Positions 1-7,197 of a DNA stretch of 64,000 bases are shown in pieces (the stretch's first letter is position 1; every line of letters begins with the position of its first letter). This DNA comes from Candidatus Microgenomatus sp. (lineage in GTDB: Bacteria; Patescibacteriota; Microgenomatia; UBA8517). The DNA is taken from the NCBI GenBank assembly GCA_020724585.1, contig DYGS01000001.1, positions 136,096 to 200,095 on the forward strand, given 5' to 3'. Both the position numbers and the translations under genes were made by a program. The notes under the pieces are model-generated. The model searched no databases. It worked only from the letters and a program-made list of their open reading frames with translations, and was not told the DNA's origin.

Positions 1-320
1 ATGCGGATATTGCTACAAATTTAATAGCAGGCATAGAAGAGCAGAGCAAGAATTTTCAGTCTCCAGAAGTAACAGCCGATACTTTCATGGTTTTTGCCGA
101 GCTTTTAAAAACGGGAGGAAAAAGACTGCCAAAAGTTATTCCTCAAAAGTTTCCGCAAGGCGCAATACCGACAATGCCCTACAGCCAAAAATTTACACCA
201 CAAGAAAATTCACTAATCAATCAAGTCGAAGAAGAAATTCCTATTCCCGAAGAGGTACCGCACGATATCCCCCCAACCTGGTCCGAACCAAAAATCTTCA
301 CAGGAACTAATATAAGTTAG
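1..320 (+). CDS. 3' part of a hypothetical protein (5'-truncated by window edge), Pro/Glu-rich tail
   Basis: Frame +3 is open from position 3 to TAG at 318-320. The ORF track starts at an internal ATG (87). No recognisable motif. Confidence 0.6.
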   Translation, partial: ADIATNLIAGIEEQSKNFQSPEVTADTFMVFAELLKTGGKRLPKVIPQKFPQGAIPTMPYSQKFTPQENSLINQVEEEIPIPEEVPHDIPPTWSEPKIFTGTNIS

Positions 321-353
321 AAAAGTACTTTACTTCAGCGGTATAATTAAGCG

Positions 354-1136
354 ATGTATTTGATGTATATTGATGAGTCTGGAGATACTATCCCCCTTTC
401 TCAAAAAGGTAAGAAATTTCTCGTGCTGACGGGTTGCATAATTCATGAGAATAGTATTTGTGAAATTGAACAAAGGTTTAGAAAAATAAAGCATGATTAT
501 TATCAGAATAGCGATATAGAAATAAAGTCAAATTTTTTAAGATATGCTAACCCAGATTTGACTGAAGATTCACCATTAAAGTTAAATTCAAAAGATAAAT
601 ATAATGATTTAGAGAAAGATATTTCTGAATTACTGAAGAATATTGATGTTGTTTTATATTCTGTTGTAATAGATAAAGAGTCGTATTGGTCCCAATATCC
701 ATCTCAAAATCCATATAATATAGCATATTTGTTTTTATTAGAGAGATTCCAAATGTTTTTAAAAAGTAAGGATTCTTTAGGAATATGTATAATTGACCCT
801 CGTGAAGGTCAAACAGAAAAGCACTTTATGGGAAATGAATTAAACAATATTCATCAAAAAATGCGGCATGAGGATGGGTCTATATGGAAGAAGTGCTCAA
901 ATGTTATTGAAAAATTGTTATTTTCTCAATCAGATCAAACGATTGGAATTCAAATAGCAGATCTGTATTGCTATCCTATATATCATGTTTTTGAATATGA
1001 CAAAAAGTACAATGAATACTGGAGATTTGAAGAACTAAGTTTGCCAAAATTGTATAAGAACAATGACAAATTCGATGGCTTTGGATTGAAATATTTCCCA
1101 GATAAAACGAAAAAAGACCTTAGATTTTTCTCCTAA
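354..1136 (+). CDS. DUF3800 domain-containing protein (RNase H-like fold, putative nuclease)
   Basis: N-terminal MYIDESG and C-terminal IQIADL motifs typical of DUF3800. TATAAT at 342-347 lies 6 nt before the ATG. Confidence 0.85.
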   Translation: MYLMYIDESGDTIPLSQKGKKFLVLTGCIIHENSICEIEQRFRKIKHDYYQNSDIEIKSNFLRYANPDLTEDSPLKLNSKDKYNDLEKDISELLKNIDVVLYSVVIDKESYWSQYPSQNPYNIAYLFLLERFQMFLKSKDSLGICIIDPREGQTEKHFMGNELNNIHQKMRHEDGSIWKKCSNVIEKLLFSQSDQTIGIQIADLYCYPIYHVFEYDKKYNEYWRFEELSLPKLYKNNDKFDGFGLKYFPDKTKKDLRFFS

Positions 1137-1142
1137 GATCTT
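1110..1142 (-). terminator. Intrinsic terminator of the antisense RNA
   Basis: AAGAUCUUAG-GAGAAAAAU-CUAAGGUCUU-UUUU. The stem has a G.U pair on the minus strand but an A.C mismatch on the plus strand, which favours the minus strand. Confidence 0.7.
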
Positions 1143-1177
1143 GTTTCGATGGGCGCGATTTTTACCTCGCGACCAAC
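1110..1177 (-). ncRNA. Putative small antisense RNA overlapping the 3' end of the DUF3800 gene
   Basis: On the minus strand: TATAAT (1186-1181), hairpin UGGUCGCGA-GGUAAAAA-UCGCGCCCA, then a 10-bp terminator stem and U6. Confidence 0.55.
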
Positions 1178-1219
1178 TGTATTATATACCATACCTGTCA
1201 AGTGGATCAAATCAATCCC

Positions 1220-1469
1220 AAATTTTTGCAAGAACTAGTGTGAGCTGAGCACGAAATTTACTGGTTGAATTCTGTAGAGAGAGAGAAATATCGGCCATAT
1301 TATGGCAAATGAATTAGGATCAAGAGTTGGGAGTGTTGTCGACATAACCGCATTTCTTAGAATGAAAGAATTGCCAATAGTTTTGACCAATACAGCAGAA
1401 AAATCAAAATCTAAACCAAAGGAAAAAGCTAAAAAGGTGAAAAAACCTGCAAAGAAAAAAGGTAATTAA
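1220..1469 (+). pseudogene. Possible degraded gene fragment, or a small basic ORF (1302-1469, 55 aa, Lys-rich tail)
   Basis: ATG 1302 to TAA 1469 is open. Upstream coding-like sequence has a TGA (1241) and a frameshift in an (AG)n run. Confidence 0.3.
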
Positions 1470-1476
1470 TTCCCCT

Positions 1477-1505
1477 TTGTAAATATCTACTAAGCCTGTT
1501 ATAAT
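1477..1505 (+). promoter_or_regulatory. sigma70-type promoter of rpsO-pnp
   Basis: TTGTAA-17 nt-TATAAT with TGn extended -10. Confidence 0.7.
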
Positions 1506-1581
1506 ACTCTTAAGTTTGCAAGGTTTAACCTAAATCATGCTTAATGGTTCTACTTTAGCAAAACGATAATTTTAAATAAAT

Positions 1582-1851
1582 ATGGCATTAAAAAAAGAAG
1601 AGAAGAAAGATTTAATTAAGAAGTTTGCGAGGGAAAAAGGCGATACAGGATCACCCGAGATTCAGATTGCGCTTCTAACAACCAAGATTAATAAACTTGC
1701 GGAGCATTTAAAAGAACACAAAAAAGATGTTCATTCAAGAAGGGGTTTACTTTCAATGGTTGCAAAAAGACGAAGACTTCTGGCATACTTGGCAAGGAAA
1801 GATGAAAAAAGATATAAAGATCTAATTAAAATATTAGGACTAAGTAAATAA
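1582..1851 (+). CDS. rpsO: 30S ribosomal protein S15
   Basis: [13 protein letters not shown]...[12 protein letters not shown] motif; 89 aa. Confidence 0.99.
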   Translation: MALKKEEKKDLIKKFAREKGDTGSPEIQIALLTTKINKLAEHLKEHKKDVHSRRGLLSMVAKRRRLLAYLARKDEKRYKDLIKILGLSK

Positions 1852-1893
1852 CTAGTAAAATTAGATACTTCATTCAAATAAATCATAAATTAG

Positions 1894-4206
1894 ATGAAAA
1901 GAATAGAAAAAAAATTAGAATTGGGTGGTAAAACACTAACACTCACAACAGGAGAATTAGCAGAACAGACTGCCGCAGCTGTTACAGCAAGGATTGGCGA
2001 TACAGTGGTATTGGCTACTGTTGCCGCCGCCGATCTTAAACAAGAACTTGATTATTTTCCTCTGCTCATTGATTACCAAGAGAGGCTTTATGCGGGTGGA
2101 AGAATAAAAGGATCAAGATGGGTCAAAAGAGAGGGAAAACCCACAGATGAAGAGATTTTATCAGGGAGATTGATTGATAGGTCAATAAGACCGCTTTTCC
2201 CCAAAACTTACAAGAAAGAAGTTCAGATAGTTGTAACTGTGCTTTCAGTTGATTTGGAGAATGATCCTGCAATTGTTGGAGCTCTTGCCGCCTCAGCCGC
2301 TGTTCATATTACATCCCTTCCTTGGAAAGGGCCAGTATCTGTATTAAAAATTGGATCGGATAATGATGGAAAATACTTATTAAATCCAACTCATGCAGAA
2401 ATTGAAGCTTCAAAAATGGATCTGGTAGTTTCTTCAACTAAAGAAGCCGTTTTAATGGTTGAAGCTGGAGCTAATGAAGTTGTCGAGGAAGAAGTATTAA
2501 CAGGAATTAATTTTGCATTTGATGAAAGCAAAAAAATATTAAAGCTTATTGAAGACTTTGCAAAAGAAGTTGGGGTAAAAAGAGATGTTTATGAAGAAGA
2601 AACACCATCTGTCGAACTTGAAAAAGAAGTTTCAAAATTGGTTAAAGATGAACTGCCTAAACTTGTTAAAAATATGGCGCTTCATGAGGGTGCATCAAGC
2701 GAATTTGAAGAATTTGTATTAGCTGTTTCCGAGAAGTTTGACGCGGAAGAAGATAAAAAGTGGGTTTCCTACATAATTGATCACCTTAAAAAAGATTACA
2801 TCAGAAATCAAATATTAGAAAAAGGGTTAAGACCAGACGGAAGAAAATTAACTCAAATTAGACCACTTTCGGCTCAAGTTTCATATCTTCCAAGAGTTCA
2901 TGGTTCAGGAATTTTTCACAGAGGTCAAACACAAGTATTGTCCGTTGCAACACTGGCTGCTTCGTCTGAAAGTTTGCTTTTAGAGTCAGCAGAAGGTGAG
3001 GATGAAAAACGCTATATTCATCACTATTCAATGCCTCCATATGCAAACGGCGAGACAGGAAGAATCGGGACGCCTGGAAGGCGCGAGATAGGTCACGGAG
3101 CATTAGCCGAACGGGCACTGCTTCCTGTAATTCCCTCCAAAGAAGAGTTCCCATATACAATTAGGGTAGTTTCTGAGGTCATGAGTTCGAATGGTTCTAC
3201 ATCAATGGCTTCAGTTTGTGGATCGACCTTAGCTTTGATGGATGCGGGCGTACCGATTAAAGCGCCTGTTTCAGGAATTGCCATGGGCTTAATTTTTGGT
3301 GATAAAGGCAAATTTGCAGTCTTGTCTGACATAATGGGGATTGAAGACTTTAATGGCGATATGGACTTTAAAGTCGCTGGAACTGATAAGGGAATTACCG
3401 CTTTACAGCTTGATGTTAAGACTTTGGAATTAACACCTGAAATTTTAGAAACGGCCTTAAAACAGGCAAAAGAAGGCAGGAGCCAAATCTTAAAAGTTAT
3501 AACTGAGACAATTGGCGAGCCAAGAAAGGAGGTCAGTGTTTATGCTCCAAAAATTAAAGTTGTTACTATTCCTGTTGATAAAATTGGCGAGCTAATAGGC
3601 CCAAGCGGCAAAAACATCAAGAAGTTATCAGCTGATACTGGCGCAGAAATTGAAGTTGACGATTTTGGGCAAGTTAGCATATCGGCGGTGGATGTCTCAG
3701 CTCTTGAAAAGGCGGTTTCCTATGTAGAGGGTTTGACAAAAGAGGTTCAGCCAGGAGAAATCTACGATGGAGAGGTTGTAAGGCTTATGAATTTCGGAGC
3801 TTTTGTTAATATTCTTCCGGGTAAAGACGGAATGGTTCATGTTTCAGACATGGGTCAGAGCGGGTATGTAAACGATGCCTCTGATGTTTTATCAATTGGT
3901 CAAAAAATAAAAGTAAGAGTCAAAAAGATTGATGAAATGGGGAGAGTTAATCTCTCTTTGAATCTTGATCCGTCAATGGATGAGAAAGTGGAAGAAGAAA
4001 AAAAATCACATTTCATTTCCCGTGGGAATTCCGGTAACAGAGAAAGGGGTCATTTTAATCGAGGTCCAAGAGGCGGATTTAACAGAGATAAGCAAAGCTT
4101 GGCCGGCTACGGCAGTAGAGGCAGCGATAGAAGAAACGGCAGGCCAGGCGGCCCGCACTTTCCAACTTCAAGATACTTCCAGTCAAATACAAATCCTGAC
4201 AGGTGA
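1894..4206 (+). CDS. pnp: Polyribonucleotide nucleotidyltransferase (PNPase)
   Basis: RPDGR, RREIGHG, SNGSTSMAS and GDMDFKVAGT motifs; KH and S1 domains; follows rpsO. Confidence 0.99.
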   Translation: MKRIEKKLELGGKTLTLTTGELAEQTAAAVTARIGDTVVLATVAAADLKQELDYFPLLIDYQERLYAGGRIKGSRWVKREGKPTDEEILSGRLIDRSIRPLFPKTYKKEVQIVVTVLSVDLENDPAIVGALAASAAVHITSLPWKGPVSVLKIGSDNDGKYLLNPTHAEIEASKMDLVVSSTKEAVLMVEAGANEVVEEEVLTGINFAFDESKKILKLIEDFAKEVGVKRDVYEEETPSVELEKEVSKLVKDELPKLVKNMALHEGASSEFEEFVLAVSEKFDAEEDKKWVSYIIDHLKKDYIRNQILEKGLRPDGRKLTQIRPLSAQVSYLPRVHGSGIFHRGQTQVLSVATLAASSESLLLESAEGEDEKRYIHHYSMPPYANGETGRIGTPGRREIGHGALAERALLPVIPSKEEFPYTIRVVSEVMSSNGSTSMASVCGSTLALMDAGVPIKAPVSGIAMGLIFGDKGKFAVLSDIMGIEDFNGDMDFKVAGTDKGITALQLDVKTLELTPEILETALKQAKEGRSQILKVITETIGEPRKEVSVYAPKIKVVTIPVDKIGELIGPSGKNIKKLSADTGAEIEVDDFGQVSISAVDVSALEKAVSYVEGLTKEVQPGEIYDGEVVRLMNFGAFVNILPGKDGMVHVSDMGQSGYVNDASDVLSIGQKIKVRVKKIDEMGRVNLSLNLDPSMDEKVEEEKKSHFISRGNSGNRERGHFNRGPRGGFNRDKQSLAGYGSRGSDRRNGRPGGPHFPTSRYFQSNTNPDR

Positions 4207-4302
4207 TTGATTTTTGGTGATAAAACCTATAAATATAAAACAATTCACACACTTTTAGAACTTCCTGCTATACTATAACTACGATTACTGTTTAAATTAA
4301 AT

Positions 4303-5352
4303 ATGGACAATACTGCCTTTCAAGAAATAGATGTACTTTCTTCAAAAATTTCAGGTTCTAGTATACCTGAAGATTTGTTAAAGTCGGTAAACATTCGTTT
4401 GGAACAATTAAAAAAATTAACAAATTCTCCCACTTTTTTACCCGAATATGACAGGATAAATAAATATATTGATTGGATTGTTTCGCTTCCTTGGGAGAAA
4501 AAGTCGCAAGACAACCTTGATTTGGAAAATGCCAAAAAAATATTAGATGAACATCACTATGGCTTGGAAGATATTAAAAATAGAGTCTTGGAATATCTTG
4601 CAGTCATGAAATTAAAACAGGAAAAAGGTGAAGGAAGCGATGTATATAGGGCACCAATCCTCTGCTTCGTGGGTTTAGTTGGAACCGGCAAGACAACAAT
4701 TGCTTATTCGATTGCAGAGGCTTTAGGGCGAAAAATTGCCCGCATTCCATTTGGAGGAATGGGAGATCCACTAGATCTTCGTGGACAATCAAAGATGCAT
4801 CCTGAAGCTGAACCGGGAAAAATTATTAAAGCCCTAAGAGATACTGGCTTTAGAAATTCTGTGATTCTTCTTGATGAAATAGACAGGGTCACAGACCAAG
4901 GTAGAGCCTCAATAATGGGTGTTTTGGTTGAACTTTTGGATCCCGGACAAAACCATGCTTTTACGGATCACTATATAGATTATCCAATAAATCTTTCGGA
5001 GTGTATTTTTATAGCAACTGCCAACAATACAACAAATATTTCAACTGCTGTGATGGACAGAATTGAGCCTATTATGATGCCTTCGTATACAGATCAGGAA
5101 AAAATTGTAATTGGGAAACAGTATGTTTTTCCCAAAGCTCTAAAATCATCGGGGCTTCCAGAAAATACGATTTCTATAGACGATGAGGTATGGGTAAATT
5201 TGGTAAGGCCATTGGGATACGATGCTGGTATCCGTACAATGGAGAGGACAATCGCAGGCTTGGTCAGGAAAGTTGCCAAAATGGTGGTTGAGGGCAAAGG
5301 AACCCACTTTGATGTAAACTCCCAAAATATAAAACAGTTTTTACCACAATAA
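4303..5352 (+). CDS. Lon-family AAA+ ATPase module lacking the N-domain and protease domain
   Basis: LPW, HYGLEDIKNRVLEYLAV, Walker A GLVGTGKT, Walker B LLDEID, LLDPGQN, FIATAN. The ORF stops before the Ser-Lys protease domain. Confidence 0.9.
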   Translation: MDNTAFQEIDVLSSKISGSSIPEDLLKSVNIRLEQLKKLTNSPTFLPEYDRINKYIDWIVSLPWEKKSQDNLDLENAKKILDEHHYGLEDIKNRVLEYLAVMKLKQEKGEGSDVYRAPILCFVGLVGTGKTTIAYSIAEALGRKIARIPFGGMGDPLDLRGQSKMHPEAEPGKIIKALRDTGFRNSVILLDEIDRVTDQGRASIMGVLVELLDPGQNHAFTDHYIDYPINLSECIFIATANNTTNISTAVMDRIEPIMMPSYTDQEKIVIGKQYVFPKALKSSGLPENTISIDDEVWVNLVRPLGYDAGIRTMERTIAGLVRKVAKMVVEGKGTHFDVNSQNIKQFLPQ

Positions 5353-5383
5353 TAATGAAAAACAAGAATACAATGTAGATTTA

Positions 5384-5470
5384 ATGTTTGCCTCAATTGG
5401 AATAGTTGTGGCTGTTGTCTCATTGCAAATTGCTGTAAAATACAGAGAAGGAGTAAATAAAAATGGATGA
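5384..5470 (+). CDS. Putative 28-aa single-TM micro-protein
   Basis: MFASIGIVVAVVSLQIAVKYREGVNKNG; overlaps the next ORF's start. Confidence 0.35.
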   Translation: MFASIGIVVAVVSLQIAVKYREGVNKNG

Positions 5471-5564
5471 AAGAATATCAATAGTTTATGCGATTGGAAT
5501 AATAGCTACTTTTTCGTTTATTTTATGGTCTTATAGACAGATTTTTGGAGACAAGAAAAAATGA
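5463..5564 (+). CDS. Putative 33-aa single-TM micro-protein
   Basis: MDERISIVYAIGIIATFSFILWSYRQIFGDKKK; AAGGAG RBS upstream; ATGA overlap with the next ORF. Confidence 0.55.
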   Translation: MDERISIVYAIGIIATFSFILWSYRQIFGDKKK

Positions 5565-5674
5565 GTTTGCCAACCTTTTTATACATAGTTGCGTCAGTAA
5601 TTGCTGTTTACACGATTTATATCGTGTTTTATAAAGATAAAAAAATTGATAACTATTGTGATAAACGAGTTTGA
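5561..5674 (+). CDS. Putative 37-aa single-TM micro-protein
   Basis: MSLPTFLYIVASVIAVYTIYIVFYKDKKIDNYCDKRV; GGAG upstream; ATGA coupling. Confidence 0.5.
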   Translation: MSLPTFLYIVASVIAVYTIYIVFYKDKKIDNYCDKRV

Positions 5675-5717
5675 CTTTGTTAAAGCAAGCTTGCCATTAA
5701 AATGGTAAAATTTCCCC

Positions 5718-6176
5718 ATGAAATCCTATTCTGAATTATTAGATGAGTTTAAAGAAATTTCTGCTGAATTAGAAAAGTTAATAATTAAATTTCCGAAAGA
5801 AAAGGTAGAAATAACTGTCTTTGATAAATGGTCATTAAAAAATGTTGTTTCACATCTCAATCATTGGATGGAACACGATATTCTATGTTTAGAATCATTA
5901 CAAAATGGAATTGTCCCATTTTGGGAACCAGATGTTGAAGAATTTAATAGAAAAGGAGTTGAAGCAAGAAAAGATTATAGTTGGGATATTGTGTTTAAAG
6001 AGTTTTTAGATTTAAAAGCAAAACTAATAAATATTTTTAAAAATTTAGAACTAGATTTAGAAAATGCAAGAATATGGCCAGATAAAAATGAAACGCCAAG
6101 GAGATTTTTAGAAGAAGACATTAAACATTGGAGAGATGAACACATAAAATCTCTAAACGACTTTTTCAATAAATGA
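5718..6176 (+). CDS. DinB/ClbS-DfsB-like four-helix bundle protein
   Basis: WSLKNVVSHLNHW and C-terminal HWRDEH His pattern of the DinB superfamily. Confidence 0.75.
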   Translation: MKSYSELLDEFKEISAELEKLIIKFPKEKVEITVFDKWSLKNVVSHLNHWMEHDILCLESLQNGIVPFWEPDVEEFNRKGVEARKDYSWDIVFKEFLDLKAKLINIFKNLELDLENARIWPDKNETPRRFLEEDIKHWRDEHIKSLNDFFNK

Positions 6177-6631
6177 AACTTCTGATTATTGGTGATACTC
6201 ATGACAATATTGCAAACATAAAACATGTTGCAGGATTTGCCAAAGAGATTGATGCAGACGCCATTATTCATACAGGTGATTGGTGTCACATTAAAAGTTT
6301 TGAAATTTTAAAAGAATACAATATTCCTATTTATTCTGTTTTAGGTAATGGAGACATTGATCCAGAATTATCAAAATATTTTAAAGAAAGTGAAGAAATA
6401 GGGTTAGGTGGTTTAAAAATTGGAATTGTTCATAGACAAAGAGAAATTAAAAAATATTTTATGGATAAAAAACTCGATATTATTTTTAGTGGACATCATC
6501 ATTCACAATCAGATGAAATAATTGAAGGTACAAGATTAATAAGGCCAGGTGCATTGGAAAACAATATTAATTTTGCAATTTTTGATACAAAAACTAAGAT
6601 GGTAGAATTTGTTAAAGATGACCAAATTTGA
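6173..6631 (+). CDS. Metallophosphoesterase (YfcE/MJ0936-like)
   Basis: DTH, HTGD, GNGD and GHHH motifs. Confidence 0.9.
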   Translation: MKLLIIGDTHDNIANIKHVAGFAKEIDADAIIHTGDWCHIKSFEILKEYNIPIYSVLGNGDIDPELSKYFKESEEIGLGGLKIGIVHRQREIKKYFMDKKLDIIFSGHHHSQSDEIIEGTRLIRPGALENNINFAIFDTKTKMVEFVKDDQI

Positions 6632-7190
6632 AGAACTCCACAAACTTAAAGATTTGATGGAAAAGGATGACACACTTCCTTTAAAAAAGGGTGCCAATAA
6701 ACTAGTTTTTGGATCGGGTAATACTGAAGCAAAAATACTTTTAATTGGAGAGGGTCCCGGGTTTAATGAAGATGCTCAAGGGTTACCATTCGTAGGTCAA
6801 GCCGGAAAACTTTTAGATAAACTACTGGAGCTGGCTGGTCTTGAAAGAAGAAAAGTATTTATAACAAACATAGTACATCATAGACCGCCCAATAATCGAG
6901 ACCCTATCCCCAATGAAATTGAGAGTTATGGCAAGTATTTAGATCAAATAATTAAAATTATTAGCCCAAAAATAATTATAACTTTAGGCAGATTTTCAAT
7001 GGCTAAATTTTTGCCGAATATTTACATATCGGATGTTCACGGAAAAAAATTTGAGATTAATTGGAGCGGGCAAAAATTAATTGTTGTCCCAATGTATCAT
7101 CCCGCCGCCAGTCTTCGAAATGGGAAAATTTTAGAGGCAGAAAAACAGGATTTTATTAATCTTGGGAAAGTGTTAAAATCAGTTAAATAA
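6618..7190 (+). CDS. Uracil-DNA glycosylase, family 4-like
   Basis: GEGPG..ED..G.PFVG, RPPNNR and YHPAA motifs; start taken at ATG 6618. Confidence 0.92.
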   Translation: MTKFEELHKLKDLMEKDDTLPLKKGANKLVFGSGNTEAKILLIGEGPGFNEDAQGLPFVGQAGKLLDKLLELAGLERRKVFITNIVHHRPPNNRDPIPNEIESYGKYLDQIIKIISPKIIITLGRFSMAKFLPNIYISDVHGKKFEINWSGQKLIVVPMYHPAASLRNGKILEAEKQDFINLGKVLKSVK

Positions 7191-7197
7191 GTAAATT

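Noticed and set aside
1241-1243. TGA recoded as Gly (genetic code 25)
   Set aside because: TGA terminates several clear genes (pnp, mltG, rplE, secY), and conserved genes have no internal TGA.
5353-5717. Frameshifted Lon protease domain downstream of the ATPase
   Set aside because: No frame shows Lon_C motifs such as PKDGPSAG; the region holds small hydrophobic ORFs instead.
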